From positions 4,549 through 68,548 of the forward strand of contig JAHEKF010000008.1 in NCBI GenBank assembly GCA_024638465.1: DNA of 64,000 nucleotides, read 5' to 3'. Positions within the stretch are counted from its first letter, which is position 1, and every line of letters begins with the position of its first letter. Positions 50,576 to 60,384 of the stretch are shown one piece after another. Source of the stretch: Rhodospirillaceae bacterium (GTDB lineage: Bacteria; Pseudomonadota; Gammaproteobacteria; Steroidobacterales; Rariloculaceae). Both the position numbers and the translations under genes were made by a program. The notes beneath the pieces are model-generated. The model was not told the DNA's origin. It saw only the letters and a list, made by a program, of their open reading frames with translations, and did no database searches.

Positions 50576-51673
50576 TCAGTTCCCTACGAACTTCGCGTAA
50601 ATACTCCGGGCGACACTGGCTTCGGCCGTTCCGTGAACGATCGCACGCCCATCGGGAAACACACTTAATGAGTATGGTTTTCCGTTATCGGTGATTGCCG
50701 CGCGAAGCATATGGCGGCTCGAAACGACGTCTCCATGGCTCCGCAATTGTGCCGCAATCGCGCCGAGATCCAGATTCGGCGCGTCCTGCCGGTGCGTCAG
50801 CTGCACGGCGTCACGCCCGCACAACGTCGTAGCGCCCGACCCAAGCTCACCCTCCAGATAGTCGAATCGTCGCTGCTTGCAGCACGGGCAGTTGCCGTCT
50901 TCGTATGCGCGCGAGACTTTGAGCTGCGAGATCGTGTTGTTCCAGAGATCGATGTTCAGCATCGACCGCGAAACGTTCTCGTAATTGCGCGTCAATATTT
51001 TGATGGCTTCCGCAACCTCGAAGCTCGCTATGGTCGTGATGACCGGCGATAACACGCCCGCGGTGTCGCAGGTCGGCATACTGCCGGGAGGTGGCGCCTC
51101 CTCGAACAGGCAACGCAGACAGGGCGAAGCCAGATTTCCATGCGCTGCGGACTCCCAGGGCATGTCACCCCCGGCGGTGTGCGGCAAAACCGCGTAAGAC
51201 GCGCCAACCGTGCCTACTGCGCCGCCGTAGACGTAAGGAACGCCGCGCGATACGGCAAAGTCGTTCGCCAGGTAGCGTGTTTCGAAATTGTCGAGGCCAT
51301 CGATGAGAACGTCTGCACCTTCTGCATGTCGCTCGATATTGGTGTGATTCAGGTCGTCGACAATTGCTGTGACCCGAATGCTCGAATTGATCCTCGAGAG
51401 ACGGCGACGCGCAGCCTCTGCTTTCGGAATCGCGTCGGCAACGTCTCGTTCGTCGAAAAGTAACTGCCGCTGCAGGTTGGTCAATTCGACGAAATCGCGG
51501 TCCACGATCTTGAGATGCCCGACACCAGCACGCGCGAGCAGATCCGCTGCCAGACTACCCAGGGCACCACAGCCGAGAATGACTGCGCAGGATTCGTCCA
51601 GCCGGCGCTGACCGGACTCCCCGATACCGGGAAGCAAAGTCTGACGATGATAGCGTGAGAGATCGTCGCTCAT
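50576..51673 (-). CDS. ThiF/MoeB family E1-like adenylyltransferase
   Basis: [28 protein letters not shown]...TCDTAGV, CPCC. Confidence 0.92.
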   Translation of the reverse strand: MSDDLSRYHRQTLLPGIGESGQRRLDESCAVILGCGALGSLAADLLARAGVGHLKIVDRDFVELTNLQRQLLFDERDVADAIPKAEAARRRLSRINSSIRVTAIVDDLNHTNIERHAEGADVLIDGLDNFETRYLANDFAVSRGVPYVYGGAVGTVGASYAVLPHTAGGDMPWESAAHGNLASPCLRCLFEEAPPPGSMPTCDTAGVLSPVITTIASFEVAEAIKILTRNYENVSRSMLNIDLWNNTISQLKVSRAYEDGNCPCCKQRRFDYLEGELGSGATTLCGRDAVQLTHRQDAPNLDLGAIAAQLRSHGDVVSSRHMLRAAITDNGKPYSLSVFPDGRAIVHGTAEASVARSIYAKFVGN

Positions 51674-51715
51674 TCTTGTCACTCACGCACCGAATCGGAA
51701 TCGATGCGCGAGAAA

Positions 51716-53236
51716 TTAACGTATCGCTTCGCTGGTCGCCGGGATGGCGCCCATGGGCGCTTTATCGCTGTCGAGGTTGTCGTTCTTGCGCCCGAATACA
51801 CGGCCTATGTACACGCCGGCGCCGGCCCAGACCGCCGCGATACCCGCACCGATCGCCGCCATGGCACCGATCCCGAGCCCTACTCCGTCGGTCAATGCAG
51901 CGAACGCAATACTGCTCGCAGCGTCGCCACCCCGATAGACCGCAACGTCGATGACCGGCTTGGACTTGAACCGGGTCTCGCGATCGACATGGGTAAACAG
52001 CATCTCCCGCGCGGGTCTGGTGACGCCATAATTACCCGCCTGGCGCGCAACCTGCAGCGCGAGCAGAACCGTCAGAATCGGTGCGAAAGCCAGAATCAGC
52101 AGGCCGGCGCAAATGAAAACGGGTACGAGTGCCAGCGTCGCCGGCATACCCAGCTTAGTGACAAGCCGACTGGTCGCGAACAGTGCAAGACCGAAAGTCA
52201 GAATATTGACCGTCGCAGCCAGGCCGGAAAGTATCGCTGTCCGTTCTTCGCGCGTGAACTCGCGCAGGAGGTTCGTTTGCTCGAAATAGACGAACGAACT
52301 GATCGTCGTATAAAGAAGTATGAATGCGCCGATCCCGAGCAGATAGGGATTCGTGAAGAACTCCTTGAATCCGGCGAACGGATTACCGCCAATCCTCGCG
52401 GCGCTGAGGTCGGCGTGAATATCCTCGTTGTGAAGGTCGACGACTTTCAGTCGCTGCAGATAAAAAATGATCGGCAGCGGAATCAACAGCATCACCGATG
52501 CGATCAGCATCAGGTTATTCACACCCACGTCGTTGACAATCTGGCTCGCAACGAGCGGGCCCGCCGCACCACCGGCCGTCGCTCCGGCCGCAATGAAGCC
52601 GAATACACGCCTGGATTGCTCTTTATTGAACAGATCCGACATGAAACTCCAGAAGACCGACAGATGCAGCAGTGCGAATACCGTTACCCAGAGATAAAAC
52701 GCCTTGTCGACCAGGACCGCGTTCTCCACCAACGAAGTCCCGAAATAGAACGCGACGAACGATATGGCGAAGAATATATAGACCGCCGGCACCAGCATAT
52801 TGAAGCGGATCCGCGAGCACATGAATCCGTAAAGCGCGACAACTGCGGTACTGATCACGAGCTGAATATTCCACAGCACACTGATCTCGGTATTCGTCCA
52901 GTCGCTGGCCATAGCGTCTCGGACCGGCCGCAAGATGTAGTACGCGGCCATCAGAATAAAGACAAAGGTAAAAGCGAATGCGACGGTGCGCGCTTCGCTC
53001 GGCTCGATCATCGTTGCAGACTTGAGGAAGCGCGGTGAACGAAGAATGAGAAGAATAAAACTCACTGCACAGGCCAGCCCAGCCAGCGAGGGCTCCGCAA
53101 AATTGAAGAGTTCGGTGAGCGCTTCGCCCCGAAACAGGCCTACGATCTTCGAAACGGCGTACACGCCGATAACGAGCCAACAGATTGTCTTGACCCAATC
53201 GAGTTTGTCTTCGCCGGCGGGTTCGTTTGTTGTCAT
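51716..53236 (-). CDS. Npt/TLC-like (ATP/ADP translocase family) MFS transporter
   Basis: YYILRPVRDAM, FWSFMSDLF, RPAREMLFT, KSKPVIDVAVYRGGD. Confidence 0.8.
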   Translation of the reverse strand: MTTNEPAGEDKLDWVKTICWLVIGVYAVSKIVGLFRGEALTELFNFAEPSLAGLACAVSFILLILRSPRFLKSATMIEPSEARTVAFAFTFVFILMAAYYILRPVRDAMASDWTNTEISVLWNIQLVISTAVVALYGFMCSRIRFNMLVPAVYIFFAISFVAFYFGTSLVENAVLVDKAFYLWVTVFALLHLSVFWSFMSDLFNKEQSRRVFGFIAAGATAGGAAGPLVASQIVNDVGVNNLMLIASVMLLIPLPIIFYLQRLKVVDLHNEDIHADLSAARIGGNPFAGFKEFFTNPYLLGIGAFILLYTTISSFVYFEQTNLLREFTREERTAILSGLAATVNILTFGLALFATSRLVTKLGMPATLALVPVFICAGLLILAFAPILTVLLALQVARQAGNYGVTRPAREMLFTHVDRETRFKSKPVIDVAVYRGGDAASSIAFAALTDGVGLGIGAMAAIGAGIAAVWAGAGVYIGRVFGRKNDNLDSDKAPMGAIPATSEAIR

Positions 53237-53453
53237 GAGATCGTTTCCCACCCCTTGATCGCCTGGTCCTGCAATTCTACAGATCGCCGACCCCGCGAGC
53301 CACGGAAGCGGCCGAAGCCCGAATAGACGGGCGCTTCAGGCCTTCCGGGGTGGCTTTTTGGGCGCGCTTGCCACGGTCCGAGACTTTCCGGCAAACCGCT
53401 ACGGTGCTACTTTGGCCCGCCAGGAATCACTGGATCCTCGCAGGAGAATGGAT

Positions 53454-54746
53454 ATGGCAGATCGGGAGTTCGGCTTCGCGACACGCACCGTGCACGCGGG
53501 CTGCCGTCCCGATCCCACGACCGGTGCGCGAGCGCTGCCAATTTATCAATCGACAAGCTTCGTATTCGAAGACGCCGAGGCGGCAGCCTCGTATTTCAAC
53601 CTGCAGGAATATGGCAATACCTATTCGCGGATCGTCAACCCGACCGTCGCTGCTTTCGAGGAACGCGTCGCCAACCTCGACGGAGGTGTTGGTGCGGTCG
53701 CGTTCGCCAGCGGCCTGGCGGCGCAGTCGGCGGCATTCTTCACCCTGTTGCAGCCGGGCGATCACGTCGTCTCGTCATCCGCACTTTACGGCGGGACGAT
53801 CACGCAGCTCAAGCACTTCCTCGGCAAGTTGTCCGTTGGCCTCGATTTCGTCGATCCCGACGATCCTGACGCATGGAAAGCGGCGTTGACCCCGGACACG
53901 AAATTGCTCTTCGCCGAAACGATCGGAAATCCCGGCGGCAACATACTCGACATCGAGAAAGTCGCGGCGATCGCGCGTCAACACGACACACCGCTCATGA
54001 TCGATAACACTTTCGCAACGCCCTATCTCTGCAAGCCTCTCGATTGGGGCGCGGACATCGTTGTCTACTCGGCGACGAAGTTCCTGGGCGGACACGGCAC
54101 CAGCCTGGGCGGTGTCGTTGTCGACAGCGGCGACTTCAACTGGTCGAACGGTCGGTTTCCGGTCGTTGCGGATCCGTCTCCCGCGTATCACGGACTTTCA
54201 TTTCACGACACATTCGGATTTTACGGCTATCTGACGAAGCTTCGGGCAGAGACGCTGCGCGATCTGGGCGCTGCCCTCAGCCCGTTCAATGCGTTCTTGC
54301 TTGCACAAGGCATTGAAACGCTACCGCTCCGAATGCGGCAACATGTTGCGAACGCGAGAGCCGTCGCCGCCTTTCTCGAGTCCGACGATCGCGTCGGTCG
54401 CGTCAGTTATCCCGGGCTTGCCAGTAGCCCGTACCGCGAACTGGTCCGTAAATATCTGCCGGAAGGCCCAAGCTCGGTGTTCTGTTTTGATCTGCCGGGC
54501 GGCCGCGAGCATGGCGTGCGCTTTATCGAGGCGTTGACACTGTTTTCTCATCTCGCCAATGTTGGCGACGCCAAAAGCCTCGTGATCCATCCGGCGTCGA
54601 CGACCCACAGGCAACTCGGCGACGCGGAGCTTTCGGCCGCGGGAATCGGGCCGGGAACAATACGACTATCCATCGGCCTCGAGGACGCGGACGATCTGAT
54701 CTGGGATATCGAACGGGGTCTCGCCGCGCTCGAGGACACGAATTGA
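53454..54746 (+). CDS. metY: O-acetylhomoserine sulfhydrylase / aminocarboxypropyltransferase
   Basis: PIYQSTSF, YSRIVNPT, SATKFLGGHG (PLP lysine), HLANVGDAKSLVIHPASTTH; AGGAG ribosome-binding site. Confidence 0.93.
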   Translation: MADREFGFATRTVHAGCRPDPTTGARALPIYQSTSFVFEDAEAAASYFNLQEYGNTYSRIVNPTVAAFEERVANLDGGVGAVAFASGLAAQSAAFFTLLQPGDHVVSSSALYGGTITQLKHFLGKLSVGLDFVDPDDPDAWKAALTPDTKLLFAETIGNPGGNILDIEKVAAIARQHDTPLMIDNTFATPYLCKPLDWGADIVVYSATKFLGGHGTSLGGVVVDSGDFNWSNGRFPVVADPSPAYHGLSFHDTFGFYGYLTKLRAETLRDLGAALSPFNAFLLAQGIETLPLRMRQHVANARAVAAFLESDDRVGRVSYPGLASSPYRELVRKYLPEGPSSVFCFDLPGGREHGVRFIEALTLFSHLANVGDAKSLVIHPASTTHRQLGDAELSAAGIGPGTIRLSIGLEDADDLIWDIERGLAALEDTN

Positions 54747-55213
54747 ATATCGAGCGCTACCAGGATCCGAAGGTAATTCGCCAGACGCTGACGAGGCGGC
54801 GAGTCGCTATTGTCGGCCTCTCGGGCAATGAGCTACGCGCCAGCAATTTCGTTGGTCGCTACCTGCTGCGCAATGGCTATGACGTTACTCCCGTGAATCC
54901 GCGCGAAGAGTTCATACTCGGGAGAAAATCCTATGCGTCGCTGACTGACATACCGGACCCGATCGATACCGTCGACGTATTCAGACAGCCGAGCGCGGTT
55001 CCGGCAATCGCAAGCGAAGCTGTCGCTATCGGCGCGGGCTGCCTCTGGTTGCAGTACGGGGTCATCAGTTTCGAAGGCGCCGAAATTGCGGAGAAAGCGG
55101 GCCTCAATGTCGTCATGGATTGTTGCATGAAGGTCGAGCATGCGAGATACCTGGGCCGGATGCACTGGCTCGGCTTCAACACCGGCAGGATCAGTGCGGT
55201 GCGTGATAGCTGA
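54743..55213 (+). CDS. CoA-binding (YccU-like) protein
   Basis: VAIVGLS, PVNP, VDVFR, LWLQYGV, CMKVEH. Confidence 0.88.
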   Translation: MNIERYQDPKVIRQTLTRRRVAIVGLSGNELRASNFVGRYLLRNGYDVTPVNPREEFILGRKSYASLTDIPDPIDTVDVFRQPSAVPAIASEAVAIGAGCLWLQYGVISFEGAEIAEKAGLNVVMDCCMKVEHARYLGRMHWLGFNTGRISAVRDS

Positions 55214-55309
55214 GGTTCGACGCCGTCCGCCAGGCCGCATTTGTGATTTCGATCGGATAGTCACTATCATTGTCCGACTAAGCAATAACAACAACATGGG
55301 AGCTATAGA

Positions 55310-55879
55310 ATGTCCGAGAGCACCTCCTCCGTTGACAACGGTGTCAACGTCGAAGCACTTCTTGGCGCGCGCGAGGCACTGAGCCAGGCGCCCGAAGCTG
55401 CGCAATTCAAATGGCGCGCGACCTGCGATTGGGTGAAAGGCACGCATAGCAAATCCTCCGTGACGAGCTTCTTCGGACTTGGCGAGGAACAGCAGCACAG
55501 GCGCGAATTCACTTTCGAAGCGGATCATCCCGAAGTCTTCGCTTCCGAAGACCTCGGCGCCACTCCGGTCGAAGTCGTACTGTGCGGGCTGGCCTCCTGC
55601 CTCATGGCTGGCGTGGCGGCCGTTGCTCAGCACCGCGGAATTCAGCTCAACTCCGTCAAAGCAACGCTCGAAGCCGGCATGGACATCCAGGGAATCCTCG
55701 GAATCGATGCCGACGTTCGCAACGGTTTCGATGGCATCAACGTGTCTTTCGAAGTTGACGGCGACGCATCTGCCGAAGATCTCGAAGCGCTGGTCGCTCA
55801 GTCGCAGAAACGTTCCGCGGTTTTCGACATCGTAACCAACCCGACGAATGTCAACGTCAGCGTGACCAAAACCGGGTGA
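55310..55879 (+). CDS. OsmC-family protein (second Cys replaced by Ser)
   Basis: NGVNVEAL, DHP...GATPVE...LASCL, KRSAVFD. Confidence 0.85.
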   Translation: MSESTSSVDNGVNVEALLGAREALSQAPEAAQFKWRATCDWVKGTHSKSSVTSFFGLGEEQQHRREFTFEADHPEVFASEDLGATPVEVVLCGLASCLMAGVAAVAQHRGIQLNSVKATLEAGMDIQGILGIDADVRNGFDGINVSFEVDGDASAEDLEALVAQSQKRSAVFDIVTNPTNVNVSVTKTG

Positions 55880-57141
55880 CCGGAAGCAGTGACGATCAGC
55901 CGGCCCGAAGTGTCGACGCCGTAGTTATCGGCGCCGGACATGCCGGTCTGGCGATCAGTCACTGCCTGCGAGAACAGGGCGTCGATCACGTCGTATTCGA
56001 ACGCGGCGAGATCGCCAATTCCTGGCGAAACGAGCGCTGGGAATCTCTGACGCTACTGACGCCGAACTGGCAATGTCGCCTGCCGGGTTTCAGCTATTCC
56101 GGCGACGATCCCGATGGCTTCATGTCAATGTCGGAAGTCATCGACTTCATCGAGCGCTACGCCGGGAAAATTGACGCTCCCGTCCTTACCCGGACGGAAG
56201 TGACTTCTGTCCGTCGAAACGCGGATCAATACGAAATCGCGACCGCCACGGGTAACTGGCGCTCCCGCGCTGTCATCGTGGCGAGCGGCGCCTGCAACTT
56301 GCCGGTATTTCCTCCGGTCGCGTCGGCAAGCCCCGCGCTCGTGTCAACGCTGACACCTCATGACTATCGGAACCCGAGCCAGCTGGACGACGGCGGCGTG
56401 CTCGTGGTCGGTGCGTCGGCTACCGGGTTACAACTCGCTGACGAGATCCAGCAGTCAGGCAGAGCGGTGACGATTGCCGTCGGTGAACACGTCCGCCTGC
56501 CGCGGATCTATCGGGATCGCGACATTCAGTGGTGGATGCACGCAACCGGCATCCTCGACGAATCTCTCGACGAGATCGACGACATCGTCAGAGCGCGCAA
56601 TATTCCGTCACCTCAACTCGTTGGCTCACGGGATCGGCAGATACTCGATCTCAACGCGATGTCCGACCTGGGCGTAAGACTCGTGGGCCGGCTCATGAAC
56701 TTCAACGGCACGGTGGCACAGTTTTCCGGCTCGCTGAGAAATGTTTGCGCGCTGGCCGACCTGAAGATGGGCCGGCTACTGGACACGATCGATGAATGGG
56801 CGGCCAGGCAGCCGGAAGCAGAATCGTTTTCCCCTCCGGAACGTTTCGCAAGGACCCGCATTGACGACCATCCCTGCCTGACACTCGATCTCGATCGAGA
56901 CGGTATCAGAACGATCCTCTGGGCTACCGGATATCGACCGGATTACCAGTGGCTGGACGTTCCGGTTCTCGATCGCAAGGGCAAGCTGCGGCATGACGGT
57001 GGCGTCGTATCCGATTCACCCGGGATGTACGTCCTGGGCCTGCCGTTTCTGCGTCGGCGAAAGTCGAGCTTTATTCACGGGACGGAGGACGACGCGCGAT
57101 TCATCGCGAACCATCTGACCGGGTATCTCGCGAGGCAGTAG
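55876..57141 (+). CDS. Flavin-containing monooxygenase-like oxidoreductase
   Basis: GAGHAG, RWESLTLLTPNW, YRNP, VVGASATG, WATGYRPD. Confidence 0.88.
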   Translation: MTGSSDDQPARSVDAVVIGAGHAGLAISHCLREQGVDHVVFERGEIANSWRNERWESLTLLTPNWQCRLPGFSYSGDDPDGFMSMSEVIDFIERYAGKIDAPVLTRTEVTSVRRNADQYEIATATGNWRSRAVIVASGACNLPVFPPVASASPALVSTLTPHDYRNPSQLDDGGVLVVGASATGLQLADEIQQSGRAVTIAVGEHVRLPRIYRDRDIQWWMHATGILDESLDEIDDIVRARNIPSPQLVGSRDRQILDLNAMSDLGVRLVGRLMNFNGTVAQFSGSLRNVCALADLKMGRLLDTIDEWAARQPEAESFSPPERFARTRIDDHPCLTLDLDRDGIRTILWATGYRPDYQWLDVPVLDRKGKLRHDGGVVSDSPGMYVLGLPFLRRRKSSFIHGTEDDARFIANHLTGYLARQ

Positions 57142-57144
57142 CAC

Positions 57145-57993
57145 TCAGGCGCCGTGATCCTCGCTCGCGGGATCCGCGCCGGTGGCGCGAATCAGGGCTC
57201 GAGCGCTGCTGCCAACGTGCAGGTGATTGTAGATAAAGTTGGATAACGGCTTCTTCGAGTAGGTTTCCCAACGTATGAGCGAAAAACCCGTTTCGTGCAA
57301 CAGGTACTCGAACGAGGCTCGACAAAACTCGTTGGCATGCCCGATAACGAGATCGTCGGGGTAGCGCGGACGACGCAGCCCGGTTTCGGCAAGAAATCGC
57401 TTCACCTTCTTCGAGATCGAATCGACGTTCGGTATCTCGATCAGCACGTGGCCGCGTGGAACAAGTAACGCGCGAAGCTTACGCATCGCGTGCAGGCAGT
57501 CCGGCAGATGCTCGAGTACGTGGCGCAGCGATACGAGATCGAAAGCCGTCGCGCTGATCTCATTCGGCTCGACTGCCAGAAAGTCAGCGACGACCACCTC
57601 TTCCCCGAGACTGCGGCGAACGAGTTCAGCCATATCTTCCGACAGCTCGAGGCCCTTTACGCGCCAGCCGGCACGTCTCGCGACATACATGAGCCGACCG
57701 CTGCCACATCCGATGTCGAGCATGTATCCGGGGCCGCTCAGATAGCGAGTCACGAACTCGAACGATTGATCTTTCTGGAGATTCCACGGATCGGTATCGT
57801 CGGTCGGATCCTTGTCGAGAACCGTGAACTGTTCCTGGCCCAATCCCGTCGCCAGATCATAGTTGACGAGTTTGCAGTTCTCGCAGCGGTAATAGCGAAA
57901 TTGCCCGGCATTTCCCATCACGTGGCAGAGCCGGAGATCCGCTGCTCCGCAAAGCCGGCAAGGGAAGTTCGCGGAAGGCGCGCCCGGTCGCAT
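57145..57993 (-). CDS. Class I SAM-dependent methyltransferase with N-terminal zinc ribbon
   Basis: CRLC...CENC, LDIGCGSG, HVLEH, IEIPN. Confidence 0.85.
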   Translation of the reverse strand: MRPGAPSANFPCRLCGAADLRLCHVMGNAGQFRYYRCENCKLVNYDLATGLGQEQFTVLDKDPTDDTDPWNLQKDQSFEFVTRYLSGPGYMLDIGCGSGRLMYVARRAGWRVKGLELSEDMAELVRRSLGEEVVVADFLAVEPNEISATAFDLVSLRHVLEHLPDCLHAMRKLRALLVPRGHVLIEIPNVDSISKKVKRFLAETGLRRPRYPDDLVIGHANEFCRASFEYLLHETGFSLIRWETYSKKPLSNFIYNHLHVGSSARALIRATGADPASEDHGA

Positions 57994-58042
57994 GCGCGCA
58001 CCATAGCATCTGCCTCGGGCAGGAGCAGCTTAGAATGGCCCT

Positions 58043-58726
58043 ATGGAGCAGAAGCATCACCGCAAAATCAGAAGCTTCGTTCGCCGGCCCGGGCGAACGA
58101 CGGAAGCGCAACGTAAGGCACTTACGCGGCTCGGCACGAAGTTCGGGATCGGATACGAAGATCGCCGCATAGATCTGGCGCCCGTTTTCGGCCGCGTCGC
58201 GAAGACGGTGCTGGATATCGGCTTCGGCAATGGCGAAGCGTTACTCACGTCGGCGGCGAACAACCCGGATACAGACTATCTCGGCGTAGAAATCCACGAA
58301 CCAGGGATCGGAAGGCTGATGCTGATGCTCGAGCGCGCTGGTCTCGACAACGTTCGCATCATTCAGGCTGACGCCGTCGATGTCGTCACCAACATGCTGG
58401 GCGACGGCTCCCTCGACGCAATCAATCTGTTTTTTCCGGACCCGTGGCCGAAGAAACGGCATCATAAACGCCGCCTCGTTCAGCCCGGTCTATCGATGGA
58501 ATTTGCGCGAATACTCAAACCGCGGGGGCGCCTGCACATCGCGACCGACTGGGAAAACTATGCGGAGCACATAAGTGGCGTCATCGAAGCGACACGAGAG
58601 TTCGATCGCGTCACTTCTGAGCAGCTTGGCGAGGAGCCGGCAGCGCTACGCCCGCCGACGAAATTCGAGCGCCGTGGGAAACTTCTCGGCCATGGCGTCT
58701 GGGATTTCGTTTACGAACGCCGCTGA
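58043..58726 (+). CDS. trmB: tRNA (guanine-N7)-methyltransferase
   Basis: IRSFVRR, IGFGNG, FPDPWPKKRHHKRRL, ATDWENYA, TKFERRG. Confidence 0.96.
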   Translation: MEQKHHRKIRSFVRRPGRTTEAQRKALTRLGTKFGIGYEDRRIDLAPVFGRVAKTVLDIGFGNGEALLTSAANNPDTDYLGVEIHEPGIGRLMLMLERAGLDNVRIIQADAVDVVTNMLGDGSLDAINLFFPDPWPKKRHHKRRLVQPGLSMEFARILKPRGRLHIATDWENYAEHISGVIEATREFDRVTSEQLGEEPAALRPPTKFERRGKLLGHGVWDFVYERR

Positions 58727-58735
58727 GGAAAACTG

Positions 58736-59113
58736 TCAGCGGCTGCGAGCTCCCAGCAATGCGTCGAGTTCGGCCGCGCTTGCAAATAACTCACCGTTTC
58801 GCTCCGTCAACGACAATCGAGTCAGTCGCGCGCCCGGACATGGTCCGAGGACGCATACCCCATCCGCAATTGTGAAGCGTGCTCCATGCGACTGGCAGAG
58901 GATCAGGTCGCCCTCGCTGGTCAGAAACCTGTCCGGTTGCCAGTTGAGCTCGTGACCCGCGTGCGGACAGCGATTCACGTAAGCGAACGCGCTGTTGCCC
59001 TGCCGAACCACGAAGAACTCGAGAGGCCAGTCGCCATCGCCCCAACTGAAAGCCCGTGCCCCTGGATCAGAGAGTTCCGACAAGCGACACAGGCCTGTTA
59101 GCTCATCGGACAC
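58736..59113 (-). CDS. Rieske [2Fe-2S] ferredoxin
   Basis: NRCPH...CQSHGARF...G.C..GPC; GTG start 59113. Confidence 0.88.
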   Translation of the reverse strand: MSDELTGLCRLSELSDPGARAFSWGDGDWPLEFFVVRQGNSAFAYVNRCPHAGHELNWQPDRFLTSEGDLILCQSHGARFTIADGVCVLGPCPGARLTRLSLTERNGELFASAAELDALLGARSR

Positions 59114-59115
59114 GG

Positions 59116-60384
59116 TCAGGTCACGATCGGAGTGTCGTCGCTGTCGTGAATCCAGGACTTGAACGACAGCAGCAGGAGCATGCCGGGAATGGCCACGAAC
59201 GCACACATCGTGAAAAACGGCAGCCAGCCCATGACTCCCGCCATCCAGCCGGTCGGTGCCGTAAGCACGACGCGCGGCAGCGTCGCGAGCGCAGAAAGCA
59301 TTGCGAATTGAGTGGCCGTGAAACGCTTGTCCGTGAGATAGGCCATGAACGCCAACAACGCCGAGATTCCCATTCCCTGAGTCAGGTTCTCGAACGCAAC
59401 TACCGCCGCGAGCCACCAGAGATCGTCACCCATCACCGACAGTACGGCGAAGCCCAATGTCGAGATGCCCTGGAGGATGCCGGCGATAAACAATGCCCGA
59501 TACAGCCCGGCCTTCAGATTCAGGACACCGCCGACGAAAACGCCGAACAGGAGCGGCGCAAGGCCGAAGAACTTCGCTACCGTGCCGATCTCCGTGTTCG
59601 TAAAACCGATGTCGAGGTAGAAGGGTATTGTCATGTGACTCGCAAGATTGTCGCCGAGTTTATAGAGCAGAATAAATGCGAGTACGAGTAAAGCGCTCCA
59701 GGACACGCCACGACGATTGAAGAACTCGGTAAACGGACCGATGAAGGCTGTGGTCAGACTCGCAGGCGGTTCTTTCACATCCGCCGGCTCAGGAGCGAAG
59801 ACCGTTACCAGGACCATCGATAGCATCAATGTCGCCATGAACATGTAGACGCCCGCGAAACCGACAACATCGGCGAGAATCAACCCGCCCGCCGACGCGA
59901 CGAGCATTCCGCTGCGATACCCGTAGGTATACATTGACGCGCCAAGACCCTGCTCGCTGTCTGCCAAAGTTTCGCGACGATAGGCGTCGATAACCACGTC
60001 CTGGGTCGCCGAAAAGAAAGCGACGACGCAAGCTGCGGCTGCGACGTTCCAGATACTCTCGAGCGGATCCTGCAGCCCGAGAAGCGCAATCGAAGCGGCA
60101 AGGCAGCACTGGCTTACCATGAGCCAGCTCCTGCGCCTCCCGAGTTTCAGCGGGTCGTAGCGATCGATCAGCGGAGCCCACAGAAATTTCAGGTTGTAAG
60201 GTAAGGCCACCAGCCCGAGAAAGCCGATCGTCGCAAGATCCACCTCTTCGGCCGTCAGCCATGCCTGCAGTACGGTCAGCGTCAGCAGTAACGGTACACC
60301 GCCGGCAAAGCCCATGAGCCCCGCGAGCCAGAATCTCCCGCTGACAAAGACGCCCCAGTCGGCGATCTCGCGACTAGATGCCAT
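59116..60384 (-). CDS. ampG: Muropeptide permease AmpG
   Basis: KFLWAPLIDR, GRRRSW, SATQDVVIDAYRRE, YKLGD, TATQFAMLS. Confidence 0.93.
   Translation of the reverse strand: MASSREIADWGVFVSGRFWLAGLMGFAGGVPLLLTLTVLQAWLTAEEVDLATIGFLGLVALPYNLKFLWAPLIDRYDPLKLGRRRSWLMVSQCCLAASIALLGLQDPLESIWNVAAAACVVAFFSATQDVVIDAYRRETLADSEQGLGASMYTYGYRSGMLVASAGGLILADVVGFAGVYMFMATLMLSMVLVTVFAPEPADVKEPPASLTTAFIGPFTEFFNRRGVSWSALLVLAFILLYKLGDNLASHMTIPFYLDIGFTNTEIGTVAKFFGLAPLLFGVFVGGVLNLKAGLYRALFIAGILQGISTLGFAVLSVMGDDLWWLAAVVAFENLTQGMGISALLAFMAYLTDKRFTATQFAMLSALATLPRVVLTAPTGWMAGVMGWLPFFTMCAFVAIPGMLLLLSFKSWIHDSDDTPIVT

Noticed and set aside
51716-53236. ATP/ADP translocase as a sign of energy parasitism
   Set aside because: This subfamily is common in free-living bacteria, and its substrate cannot be inferred from sequence.
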